Shown one piece after another: positions 1 through 12,497 of a stretch of DNA of 64,000 nt. Below the pieces are notes generated by a model, which saw only the letters and a list, made by a program, of their open reading frames with translations, had not been told where the DNA came from and ran no database searches. Every line of letters starts with the position of its first letter. Positions within the stretch are counted from its first letter, which is position 1. This DNA comes from Nemertoderma westbladi. Lineage: Eukaryota > Animalia > Xenacoelomorpha. The stretch is from positions 28,595-92,594 of the forward strand of contig JAUCBJ010008877.1 in the NCBI GenBank assembly GCA_032718475.1. The letters run 5' to 3'. The translations under genes and the position numbers were made by a program.

Positions 1-2151
1 TACCAGAAGAGATCAAGAAACAGTGGTGTAAGTGGACAGAAGGTTTGGAGAAGATGGGAACATACAGCAAGCCACGAGTGTATTTCCCGGATGGGGACAT
101 GACGAACCTGGATCTGCACATGTTCTCCGAAGCGTCACTAGAGGCATACGGAGCGGCACTCTATTTAGTACAATGAGAGGGGCCTCATAAGCCCAGACTT
201 GCCTTCAGCAAGGCGAAGTCAACGCCACCAGATTCGGCATCGGTTCCCAAACTAGAGTTGACAGCGGCGAGGCTAGGAGTTAGGGCCACAGCCTACTTAA
301 TGGAGGCTATTCCCAACATAGTGGAGACACACTACTGGACGGATTCCATGGTAGTGCTTGGCTGGCTACATAACGAGAAAACGCGATACCCTATATTCGT
401 CGCAAATAGAGTGGACGAAATAAGGGCAGAATTAGAAAGGTGGCACTACTGCCCTACGGACGAGAACCCAGCGGACTTGTTATCGAGGGGCGTGGCACGC
501 CACACTTTCTTAAAAAAGGAGGTATTGTGGCAACACGGGCCACAGTTTCTGAGCGACAAGGAGGCCTGGCCGCCGATGAGAAAGGTGGACCCGGGCTCAG
601 GAGAAGCAGTATCAGAGGGAGAAGAGGGAGATTCAGAGGGAGAAGAGATATACTCCCAGATGGTGAGGGAGATAAGGGACGTGCAACCTAAACCAGAAGA
701 ACTGTGCGATAACCCGACGGATAAACTCCTCAGCTACAGCTCTAGTTGGTATAAGACCAAGAAATTAGTGGCGTACTGGAGAGCCTTCGGGAATTTCCTC
801 GCGGGAGTTGGCAAAGGCAAGAAGATCAGGACAACAATAGATCTGGAAGGAGCGGCCAAAGCAGTCATCCGCTATGAACAACGGAAGAACTATGGCAAAG
901 AGGTGAAACGCGTCGGTAAACAACAGCATCTTCAACAAGACAGCGAGCTGATCACGCTGTCACCACAACTTAATGATGACGGGATTCTAGTAATGAACTC
1001 TAGGGTGGGATACAACAACAGCATAGTCGTACCACCGAAACCCATCATCATCCCCACAGGATCGCCAATAGTCCACCAGATTATCTGGGACTCCCACAAG
1101 TCGATATTGCACGGGGGCACCAACCGAACCCTCACGGAGATAAGGAGGACCTTTTGGGTCAAACAGTTGAGGAAGAAGGTAAAGGCGGTAGTGGGGCAGT
1201 GCCAGACCTGCCAACGAGCGAAGAAGGAGCGAGCCATACAGGAGATGGCACCACAACCGGCGAGTAGGGTAAGACAGCACGACCCGCCATTTATGCATTG
1301 CGGCGTGGATATGTTCGGGCTGATAAAGATTAAGGTGATGCGGCACACGGAGAAACGCTACGGTATCATCTTCGTATGCAACAACATGCGGGCGGTAGGA
1401 ATAAAACTCGCCCAAGATGCAACCGCATCAGCATTTATTAATGCTTTAGAAAGATTTAGAGACCGCAAAGGTGGGACAATCGCAGTGCTCTATTCTGACA
1501 GCGGGACCAACTTTGTGGGGGCGGAGAACGAGATGGCAGAGGCCTTGGATATCCTGGAAGGGGAGAAAGTCAGGGCGGCCATGAGAAGGCGACAAGTAAA
1601 GTGGGAGAGGAGGACGCCGTATGCTCCGCATACGTTAGGATGCGTCGAGAGATTAGTGGGTAGTTTGAAACGTCTGATGACGAAGCTGATGAACACCCAC
1701 ATGGTTACAGAGGACGTACTAAGGACAGTACTGGCAAAGTGTGAGGGTGTCATTAATAGCAGACCGCTATATCCAGAGAATGATGACCCTAAGTCATTAG
1801 ACGTGCTGACGCCCAGTCACTTTCTAATGGAGAGGCCAGCGACCATCGATATGCGGGCTGTAGACCCAGTTGACATACTCTCCCGCCAGAGTTGGAAAGT
1901 CGCTAAGGCGATAAGCGCAGAGTATTGGAGGAGTTAACAGGGAGTTAAGAAAGGGAGATCTCGTGATCGTTACGGATGATACAATCATCAACAACCAGTG
2001 GCAGTTGGCGAGAGTTGTAGGCACTTACTCCGATGAGGACGGAAGAGTCCGATCGGTAGAAGTGCGGATAGGTGGCAAGATAGGTGCGAAAGACAGGAAG
2101 ACCTACAGAAGGGCAGTAGGGAAGTGCTGTCTACTAGAGGGAGCACCTTAG
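1..2151 (+). pseudogene. 3' part of a BEL/Pao pol (Pao-type RNase H, integrase, C-terminal DUF5641-like region), disrupted
   Basis: Motifs LHMFSEAS..AYG, VPKLELTAA, YWTDS, FVANRV, NPADLLSRG, H..H..C..C zinc domain, GVDMFG, YSDSGTNF, ERLVGSLK, LTPSHF, WQLARVV..DGRVRSV. In-frame TGA near 175; reading frame breaks at 1937 and resumes in another frame at 1963-2151. Confidence 0.93.
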
Positions 2152-2269
2152 AGCAGAGTCAGAGAGGAGTTTAATCGTCCAAGTTTTGGACTGAGGGGGG
2201 TGGGATTGAGGGCGAGACGCCCTTCCCACACATAAAATAAAAATAAAATAAATAAAAATTAGAGTCAGA

Positions 2270-2800
2270 GTTAGTTAGTTAGTTAGGAGGTACGTAGTAC
2301 CTAGAATTAGAGTTAGTTAGTTAGTTAGTTAGAAGTAGTAAGAGGGTACGTAGTACCGATAGTTAGTGGAGTTAGAAGTTAGAAGTAGTAAGAGGGTACG
2401 TAGTACCGATAGTTAGTGGAGTTAGAAGTAGAAGTAGTAAGAGGGTACGTAGTACCGGTTAGTAAGAGTAGAGTTAGAGGAGTTAGTAAGAGGGTACGTA
2501 GTACCGGTTAGTAAGAGTAGAGTTAGAGGAGTTAGTAAGAGGGTACGTAGTACCGGTTAGTAAGAGTAGAGTTGGAAGTTAGTAAGAGGGTACGTAGTAC
2601 CGGTTAGTAAGAGTAGAGTTGGAAGTTAGTAAGAGGGTACATAGTACCGGTTAGTAAGAGTAGAGTTAGAGGAGTTAGTAAGAGGGTACGTAGTACCGGT
2701 TAGTAAGAGTAGAGTTGGAAGTTAGTAAGAGGGTACGTAGTGCCGGCTAGTATGAGTAGTAGTTAGTTGTAGAACTAGTTAGTAAGAGGGTGCGTAGAGT
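2270..2800 (+). repeat. Purine-rich minisatellite (about 42-50 bp unit, about 11 copies) with core AGAGGGTACGTAGTACC, in the BEL/Pao 3' region
   Basis: Unit agagggtacgtagtaccggttagtaagagtagagtt(a/g)ga(g/a)gttagta is visibly repeated and is preceded by (AGTT)n. Confidence 0.9.
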
Positions 2801-3811
2801 AGTGTTAGTAGTAAGAATTAGTGGCAGGGGGATATAAAATATAGTATATAGTAAGAGATAAGAGAGCACAATATATCATAAAAATAGTAACCAGGAAGGT
2901 TGGTAGGGTTAATAGCACAAATTTAAAATATTAGAAACACCTCCGAGCTACAGAAGAGCCTTCAAGATAGCCTTTGAAGGTCTGATAGACCACCTGGGGC
3001 TGAAGGGCGAGTCGGTGTAATACAACAGCCGGCATCTAGTTGACAGGGAGGTGGATACACATATCACATGGGAGAAGTTGGAAGTGGATAGATCTGGGGA
3101 GAAGCGACTGGAAGAAGTCGCCAGGGGAGAAAGGCCGAGAGAGAACGAGGCGCGTTATGTAGACGAGCATATAATATAACATATGATAATAATAACCTTA
3201 TAATAACTATATAAGTAAATCACGTATGTATATTATAAAGTACGTACCATAGTCAAGCACAACCTTTTCCAATTAGCTACTGGGACTGGGAACTAATCGA
3301 CCATGGTACTGTAGGGCGAGACGCTGACGACATCATACTTCTTGAGTGCGACGGCACAAAAAGGGGGGTGAGGCTCGTCAGAAAAGAGAGGATGAGATAG
3401 GGCGAGATATGAGTAACAGAGTGTGAAGTGCGGAGTGTGGAGAGAGTGTGGGCGCAATTCAAGTGTGGGGGGGGGGGGGGGAGGAACAAGAGGGCAAGTG
3501 AGGGACAGGGAAGTCCGGAAGTTAGAGCGGAGGTGAGGAGAAGTAGCGAGAGTCAGGGTGAGAATAGAGTGGAGTTAGCGCGGCGAAAATGTTGGGGAAA
3601 CAAAGGTCGTGTGAGAGGAGCGCATGATCGGCCCAACACGGGATGCCAGGTAGACATGGTAGCGATATCATACCCATAGGGGGCGGTCTGGAAAACCGGC
3701 TCTGAAAAAATAGTTCCACCCCACACTCGATACTAGGTCGAGATCCAGCGGAATTGTAGCGCACTTGATGTCGATGCTATCTTCTTACCGGGAAGATAGC
3801 ATGGGGGGGAG

Positions 3812-5423
3812 TGTTAGCATATTCAATTCCGCTAACCAGACCCATAAAGTGAGCTTTAATCAATATTGGGAACACGAGGTTGATACCCAATATCAACCTC
3901 GTACCACCCCAATAAAGTGGGGACAAGGAGACCCCAGAGGACATACGCACAAAGGGGCCAAGGGTTATTGTTCGCGGTATTTCAACTTTCCATAACGCGA
4001 GTTGAATATTTTTTGTATTAATTTAAAATGATTATTCCGATATTACTACTGGGTACGGGACCATGGGTTTTGGGCACATTCTATAAACTGGGGGCGATTT
4101 ATGGGCGAACTTTGGGGCGACTTACAGGGTACGGGAATAATTTCATAGTTATAAGGGCCAGGGGGGGATGGAAAATTCAAGCAGTATTCAGGTTAGCCTG
4201 AGTACTATTAGGCCCTGGCCAACTTCCTGCTGCCTGTAGGGGTTGATTTGGTAATGCGCCAGGCCTAAAGGACAAGGACTGCCCTTAGCGGTCCCTGGCC
4301 AACAGCAGTTATTACGAGACTGAAAAGAACTCGGAACACTGACTGCTTGTGTCCTGGATTTGCGACGGGAAACGACAGCCCCCTTAGTAGCTAAGCCGTA
4401 CTGGTTCTCGATGACCGATCCCTTCGGGGTTCGCGAGGGGTGGGACGGACATGCGAAAGGGTGGCCGACTAACGACTGCCCCCTGAGCTAAGCCGTACTG
4501 GTTCTCGATGACCGAGCCCTTCGGGGTTCGCGAGGGGTGGGACGGACATGCGAAAGGGCTGGCCACAGGACGGGTTTGACGAGGACTGCCCTTAGCGGTC
4601 TCTGGTCAACAGCAGTTATTACGAGCCTGAAAAGGACATCGGAACGCCGGCTGCTTGTACCAGGGATTTGCGACGGGAACCGATGACAGACCTCTGAGCT
4701 AAGCGTACTGGTTCTCGATGATCGATCCCTTCGGGGTTCGGGAGGGGTGGAACGGACACGCGACAGGGTCGGCCGACACCGACACTACGGCACTAAGACC
4801 AGGACTGGGGAACATTAGGTAGGCTAAAATCTGAGCGAACAGTGGGTAATTAAATAATATACTGTAGGGATTTATATTGTCGTGTATAATTATTGTGAAT
4901 ATTTGGTGTATATTGATTTGGGGAAGCCCAAAATTATTCTCAATCAGGTTCAACAGAGTTCAGTTACATTAAAGAGTATATCCAACTAATGCAGCTTTTT
5001 CTCAACCGCAACCTGCATCTCAGAAATCATTCCTTCTCCACAATCAATATCCGGTGACTGGCCGGGGCTCGGTGGTCTGTAAAGTCACGTCTCCAGCATC
5101 GGCGTTTTTCCCCCCTGGTGTTGGGATAACGGCAACAAAATTGAGAATAATTCATGTGGTCAATTTTGACAGAGTGTCAAAATTGAGAATAATTACGGTC
5201 AATTTTGACGGGGTGTCAAAATTGAGAGTAAAACGCAGCCAACTTCAACTGGTGGAAGTTGAGAATCCTTCAATACTCTTCAAAACTCTCTACGTGCTTG
5301 CCAGCACCCACTACGAGGAAACTCTGGTATTTGAGTTAAGACGAAGTCGTGGTTTTATTAATCAACAAACTCGATCTAACCAACTCGTAGTCGGCAGATC
5401 ACATATTTGGAGAGTTGTTAACA
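3812..5423 (+). mobile_element. Probable 3' LTR of the first BEL/Pao element
   Basis: Polypurine tract GGGGGGGAG (3803-3811) directly followed by TGTTAG; candidate end TTAACA at 5423 forms an imperfect terminal inverted repeat. The 5' LTR is outside the window, so the boundaries are inferred. Confidence 0.5.
4276..4778 (+). repeat. GC-rich A-B-B-A-B repeat array with hairpin potential
   Basis: Unit A (ggactgcccttagcggtc...gatttgcgacgggaa) at about 4276 and 4583. Unit B (gctaagc(c)gtactggttctcgatga...ccttcggggttcg...ggccg) at about 4390, 4487 and 4698. Confidence 0.85.
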
Positions 5424-5613
5424 GGGAATGGAAGTATCGATCACACCCATTGATATAATCCAAGTTTGTTAGACTAATACAAATACTAATATCAACCGCA
5501 GGATGGCGCATGTAAATATATCTACTAATCTCACTTACAGTTTCATTTATATACCACTAGAGAGAAGATAATAAAACAGTTTGTCAGAACCTTTACACCT
5601 TTCCCTCCAACAT

Positions 5614-5625
5614 TGGCGCTGCGAG
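5614..5625 (+). promoter_or_regulatory. tRNA primer-binding site of the Gypsy element (tRNA-Ser-like)
   Basis: TGGCGCTGCGAG lies 1 nt after the LTR end; it resembles the complement of eukaryotic tRNA-Ser 3' ends. Confidence 0.75.
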
Positions 5626-5769
5626 TACAGATTCACATTCACATTTTACATATATTAATTACATAATTTAATTTCAAATTACAATTTGAAATCTTACAAA
5701 TCAAATTAACTTTGATAATTAATTGTGATTGTGTAACTCAAACTCAAATTACGGTACAAACTTACGAGA

Positions 5770-8700
5770 ATGGCAAACGCACCTGCAATGGGAACTAAAT
5801 TTACAAACATTTGCAAGGCATTTAATCCAGATTCAGATAGATGGGACACTTATCTATTAATGTTCAATACAATTCTACGTACAACTACATGGAGAAGAGC
5901 CGATGGAAATTTAATGGAACCGAACGAAATATTACAAGCTGAAACAAACATGTTCATCGCTAATTGTGGTTTACAAACTTTAGATTTACTATCTGATTTG
6001 ATGTTTCCAGCAGACATTTCTAAAGAACCATTCGAAAATTTAGAAAAATCACTTACAAAATATTTCAGAAAAGGTAAATCAAAAGAAGTCGAAAGAAAAC
6101 GATTCATACAAGCGACTCAGACATCGGGAGAAAACATCACGGATTTCGCCAAACGTCTAAGAAATATTTCAAGAAATTGCGAATTTCAAGAAGCATTAGA
6201 TGACCGTTTACGAGAACAACTAATTGCTGGGGTACGAGACGAACATGTTGCAGCAGAACTAATACACGCGAAAGACATTTCATTTTCAGAAGCTTTGATT
6301 ACAGCAAAAAATTATGAAGAGGCATATAAAGTGGCACAATCAGGTAGGAAACCAGAATTTGACACGTTTCGCGTCACTACACAAAGTTCAGGATTTCCGA
6401 AAGATAAATATCGCCATACAAAGGTAAGATCTCCTTCATATAAACCTTACAAATCTACAGAAAATTACAATCAATATTCTATAACATGTTATCGGTGTGG
6501 GAAACAAGGACACAAATCAAACCATTGTCGACTAAATCCTAACATTGTTTGCTCATTTTGAAAAATAAAAGGTCATGTAGAAAAAGCGTGCATTAAAAAA
6601 CAAAAGACTAAAAGTGTTCGCTTTCAGGACAAAAAACCTACATCCCATGCTGTAGACATTGAGAATGTTATGGGAGATAACAATGAAGGAAACAACGATA
6701 ACATATATTTGCAAAGTACGGAAATAAGCGATCCACATACCATAGATAAAGTACAGCTTCCAAAAGTGGATTCGATCGTGTTACAAACACGAATTAATGA
6801 AATATCTCTTACAATGGAATTTGATCCAGGGGCAAAACACAGTGTCATATCATACGAAATATACAAAAACAAATTCAGCAATGAACAATTACATGAATGT
6901 ACATCAAAATTACGAGGATTTTGCAAAGGGATTGCGGAAATACGAGGCGTAATTTATGTTACAGTGAAAATAGAGAATGCGCCAGAATTGATCGCAATGC
7001 CACTTATTGTTGCTGAAAATTGTGAACACATACCACTATTCGGTTTGTATTGGATCAAACGAATGATATTAATGGGTTGCAGCATAGATGACATGATAGA
7101 ACAGGATATTACTAAGGTACACCAAGTGATAAATTCTGAGGGTTACGACAAACGACTACAAAGTTTACTGGAAGAATATCGGGACGTTCTTACAGGCATT
7201 GGCTGTTACAAAGGGCAAGAAACCTGCATTCGTTTAAAAGATGAGAATACGAAACCAAAATTTTTACAGGCCAGAACGGTACCGCAGGCATTCAAGGAAA
7301 AGGTCATTGCTCAGTTAAAGCACGACATAGCAGAGCATAGATTAGTTCCACCTGAGTTAAACGAAAATATAGAATGGGCAACACCCTTGGTGGTAACTCC
7401 AAAGCCAGACGGTTCAGTGAGAATATGTGGGGATTACAAGAGTACAGTTAATCCTTACCTCATAGAAGACCAATTTCCACTCATAACCACTGAAGAGTTA
7501 TCTATGAAATTCCAAGGCAGCAAAATATTTTCAAAATTGGATATGGCAGCCGCATATAATCAGCTTCCCATAGATAAAAACAGTCAAACGTTATTAACAT
7601 TAGCTACACCATTGGGTTTATTGAAACCAACCAGACTACCCTTTGGGATCACCCCTGCTGCTTCGAAATGTTTAAAGGTTGTTAACCGGGTATTACATGA
7701 AACTAAATCAGTAACATATGTTGATGAAATTCTGATAGGATCACCGAATATACAGGAACATTTCGAGACATTACAGTCTGTTTTTGAGGCATGCAAACAA
7801 GCAGGGATAACCTTAGGCCTCAAGAAATGTCAATTCCTGCAAACAGAAATAGAATTCTGTGGCCACATAATAAATGACAAGGGATTTACGGCTGATCCAA
7901 GAAAAGTGACAGCAATACAAGAGTTACAAATACCTTCCACGAAAAAGGAATTACAAAGTGTGATGGGTACAATGAATTATTTACGAAAATACATCCCCAA
8001 ATATGCTGAATTATCCCATCCATTGTATAAATTACTACAAGGCAATACATTTACATGGAATGAGAAAGCTACAAAAAGTTACAACTTACTTAAAACAGCT
8101 ATTGCGCAAGCAACACTTTTACACCATTACAATCCAGATAGGATACCATTAATTATAACAGATGCTTCGGAATATACAGTATCAGCAATACTTGGACAAA
8201 AAGACGAGGAGGGTGAATTTAAACCGATTGCATTCGCATCTGAGAACTTAGATAAAAGACAACAAGCTTATTCTCAGTTAGATAGAGAAGGATTAGCAAT
8301 AATATTTGGTGTACGAAAATTCAAACACTATCTGCTCGGAAGAAAATTCAAATTAATTACAGATAATGCTCCTTTGAAACGGATATTATCACCTTCGAAA
8401 TCATTACCAGTTACAACGATATCACGATTACAACATTGGGCAGTTGAGTTAGCCGCTTACGATTACACAGTTGAGACAGTAAGATCAAACGAGAACATCA
8501 CAGATTCGTTATCACGTCTTACACCACCATCAGTTTCAACATATTACGACGACGATATTGATTTGCAGAGTATAGATTTACAACGTAAACAACTTATTGA
8601 CGACTTTCCTATAAGTAAACAAAATATCAGAGAAGCTACACACACTGATAGTACTTTAGGACATCTAAAGAATGCTATTGAATGTGGAGAAAGTATTCAT

Positions 8701-9912
8701 GGAATCAAAGGAACACCTCAATTACGATTTTACAAATCGATTGAAAATGAATTAGCAGTTAATGAAGGTATAATAACACATGGAACGCGTATTATTATTC
8801 CGGAAATACTACGTACGAAGATTCTAAATGAACTTCATTCAGCTCATATTGGTGAAAAACGCATGATACATCAAGCATCAGAAGTTTGTTGGTGGCCAGG
8901 GATGGCAGAAGATATCAAACTTTACATACAGTCATGCATTGCTTGTCAGCAATTTGCCAATTCGCCATCAAAGACGTACACGCCATTACAAAAGTCAACT
9001 GAACCTTTCCAAAGAGTCCACATAGACTTAGCAGAATTGGAAGGATGTCAGCTATTAGGATTAGTTGATGTTTATTCAGGTTGGAAAGACATACGATTAA
9101 TTAAAACTACAACATCCACTGCAGTAATTTCCCAATTGAAGAATATTCTATCTTTCATTGGAGTACCGGAAATTATATTTACGGATAATGGACCTCAATT
9201 CGTTTCAAATGAGATTGAAACATTCTTTACCAACAATGGAATTACACATTGGACGTCAGCACCATATTCACCATCATCAAATGGAGCAGCTGAACGAATG
9301 GTACAAACGATGAAACAATCGCTCAAGAAACAAGGAAATGATAAACCAATGTACGATCGCATAAGTGACTTTCTATTACAAGATAGAAATTCCATTTACT
9401 CACCTACAGGTTTTACACCAAATGCGACAATATTTAAAGCGCAGATTAAAAACCGATTACAACGATTAATCAACTATCCGGTCAATCCTCACACAGAAAC
9501 AAAAGGAAAATTCGACACGGGCGAAGCTGTGTGGGTAAAGAATTACGCAAAGCAAGGAAGAGGTCAGGTTGTAGAACATTGGTTACCGGGGAAAATTATA
9601 GCTCACCAAGGATCACGAGTGTACAAAGTTCGCATTGGAGATATCGAGTTAAAAAGGAACGTAAATCAGCTACGAAGAAGAAACACCCCGTGGATACATC
9701 AAGAAGAAAGAAGAACACGTCTACAACTTCCTCCATCTACAAATAGACAACCAAGATTAAGTCGATTACAAGAAGGAATGACACATCAACGTCGAGAACG
9801 AGAAAGGGAAGAAATAATACAACCCGTATCGCAGAACACAGATCCTCCACCACGAACTAATACGGTTACAAAAACTTTAAGAAGTGGAAAACAATACACT
9901 ATACATATTTAG
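5770..9912 (+). pseudogene. Gypsy gag-pol: a single frame interrupted by one premature TGA
   Basis: ORFs 5770-6561 and 6670-9912 share a frame. The TGA at 6559-6561 replaces the second Cys of a second knuckle (CSF*KIKGHVEKAC). First knuckle CYRCGKQGHKSNHC; RT WATPLV, RICGDYK, LPFG, YVDE; RNase H TDAS..YSQLDRE; IN H..H..C..C, VHID, TDNGPQF, NGAAER. Confidence 0.92.
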
Positions 9913-10489
9913 ATATATATATTATTAAATAATTACGCGAGATATATTTGCATGAGTGTGTTATACAAACTTAGCGTTACGTTAGTGCAAGTATCATTCA
10001 TTGCGAGGGGGTATTGTTAGACTAATACAAATACTAATATCAACCGCAGGATGGCGCATGTAAATATATCTACTAATCTCACTTACAGTTTCATTTATAT
10101 ACCAATGGAGAGAAGATAATAAAACAGTTTGTCAGAACCTTTACACCTTTCCATCCAACAAAGTTTTTAAGGCAAGTTCTCGAGGGTGGGAACACAGTAG
10201 GAATACCATAGTTGGGGTATCCCAGTAACGTGGTTACCGGGATATTCAGCCATGACCGGGATAATTTTGATAAAATGGTAAGACAGTTTAAGGGATTGCA
10301 AATAACTACACACAATACCAAACAGGATAATTTAAAATCGAAGATTTATTGTAAAATAAATCCCCATCCTATTGTAAAATTGTTTTATACTATAGAACAT
10401 TTATTAGTGAAACTTATTTATCCTATTGTAAAATTTTGGGGTTTTCTCTTTCATCTGATACAGAATTTAATGGATATTTCAAATACTGT

Positions 10490-10700
10490 AATACAGTAAA
10501 ACGGCTTGGCGAGATCTTTTTTAAATCTTGAGTTATCGCTGTCTTTCCGTTTACCAGTTTGTCCGTCAAAATTTAGAAAACAGGCAGACAAACCGTCACA
10601 CAGACATACTGTATTGGATACCACTAAGCACTAAACATTAAAGCCTCCGGAAATGAAATCACCGACCCCAAAAATCCACATATTGATAATTTTAATGAGT
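10490..10700 (-). mobile_element. Interspersed non-autonomous repeat; also at about 11835-12030 and inverted at about 62080-62270
   Basis: ttgagttatcgctgtctttccgt...gaaatgaaatcaccgaccccaaaa is the reverse complement of ttttcggggtcgctgatttcatttc...acagaaaaacagcgataactcgag near 62090-62200. Confidence 0.6.
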
Positions 10701-11099
10701 TGGTATGATGCCATAGTGTCAAACATTACTGACCGATTAACAGACTACAGACTGTCAGGTTTGAGCGCGAAGGTTCAAACTTTAAAACAAATTAGAAAAA
10801 AAATCTCAGAATTACATTTTGCGTTTTTAATTTTTTGAAGATCTTGAAAGATTTTCCAGCACATTTTTGAAAAAATATTTTGCTCAAATATTTTTTACAA
10901 CATAGATATTGACCTACAATGCGAAGTTAGAGCTGTTTAAAAAAAAATCTCATTAGGAGAACCCCCCCCCACCCCACCCCCCCCTCCCCCCACCTAAAAT
11001 CAGCATCCCTGAAAACGTTAATAACCTGAAAATCAATGTATTTATTTGATCAGTTACAAATATATTTCAGTACAAATACAACAATTTTGTTACCGGTAA

Positions 11100-11640
11100 C
11101 TTTACGATTTATGAACAGAATTGTAATGGTTGTTAAGGGAGTCTTGCCGGCTGAATTATGTATGACAGTAACCGCACTTATTTGATATCCTTATGTATAG
11201 AGTCGACATGTTGATTTAGTACGTGTTTGTAACGGAATTCTTTGACAATAAACGCACTTATGTTTGATATCTTTATGTATAGAGTCGACATGTCGGTTTA
11301 GTACGTCTTTTCTAGCAAATGATTTTCCACAATCAAAACAGTTGTACTTGATATCTTTATGAAAGCAGTTCACATGGGTGTTTAGACTTCTTTGCTGACT
11401 GAATTCTTTATTACAATAACCGCACTTATGTTTGATATCTTTATGTATAGAGTCGATATGTAGATTTAGGTAGTGTTTGTAACTGAATTCTTTATTACAA
11501 TAACCGCACTTATATTTGATATCTTTATGTATAGATTCGACATGTCGGTTTAGTACGTCTTTTCTAGCAAATGATTTTCCACAATGAAAACAGTTGTACT
11601 TGATATCTTTATGAAAGTAGTTTACATGGGTGTTTAGACC
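11100..11640 (-). pseudogene. 5'-truncated duplicate of the C2H2 zinc-finger array
   Basis: CxxC..F..L..HxxxxH repeats with KDIK linkers; begins mid-finger at the duplication junction and is frameshifted near its 3' end. Confidence 0.85.
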
Positions 11641-12497
11641 CACAATACCAAACAGGATAATTTAAAATCGAAGATTTATTGTAAAATAAATCCCCATCCT
11701 ATTGTAAAATTGTTTTATACTATAGAACATTTATTAGTGAAACTTATTTATCCTATTGTAAAATTTTCATATTTTGGGGTTTTCTCTTTCATCTGATACA
11801 GAATTTAATGGATATTTCAAATACTGTAATACAGTAAAACGGCTTGGCGAGATCTTTTTTAAATCTTGAGTTATCGCTGTCTTTCCGTTTACCAGTTTGT
11901 CCGTCAAAATTTAGAAAACAGGCAGACAAACCGTCACACAGACATACTGTATTGGATACCACTAAGCACTAAACATTAAAGCCTCCGGAAATGAAATCAC
12001 CGACCCCAAAAATCAACATATTGATAATTTTAATGAGTTGGTATGATGCCATAGTGTCAAACATTACTAACCGATTAACAGACTACAGACTGTCAGGTTT
12101 GAGCGCGAAGGTTCAAACTTTAAAACAAATTAGAAAAAAATCTCAGAATTAAATTTTGCGTTTTTAATTTTTTGAAGATCTTGAAAGATTTTCCAGCACA
12201 TTTTTGAAAAAATATTTTGCTCAAATATTTTTTACAACATAGATATTGACCTACAAAGCGAAGTTTAAAAAAAAATATCATTAGGAGAACCCACCCCACC
12301 CCCCCCCCCCCCCCCAAAATCAGCATCCCTGAAAACGTTAATAACCTGAAAATCAATGTATTTATTTGATCAGTTACAAATATATTTCAGTACAAATACA
12401 ACAATTTTGTTACCGGTAACTTTACGATTTATGAACATAATTGTAATGGTTGTTTAGGCAGTCTTGCCGGCTGAATTATGTATGACAGTAACCGCAC

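Larger units (their letters stand above)
5467..10160 (+). mobile_element. Full-length Ty3/Gypsy LTR retrotransposon (Mag-like)
   Basis: 146-bp TG...CA LTRs at 5467-5612 and 10015-10160 (3 substitutions seen); 5-bp TSD AAGTT (5462-5466, 10161-10165); PBS and PPT present; domain order gag-PR-RT-RH-IN. Confidence 0.96.

Noticed and set aside
2270-2800. CRISPR-like array of palindromic repeats
   Set aside because: Spacers are repeated rather than unique, the context is a eukaryotic retrotransposon, and there are no cas genes.
4390-4470. Hammerhead or HDV-like ribozyme call
   Set aside because: CTCGATGA..CGAG does not match CUGANGA..GAAA, and the HDV pairing order could not be built. Kept only as an unclassified structure.
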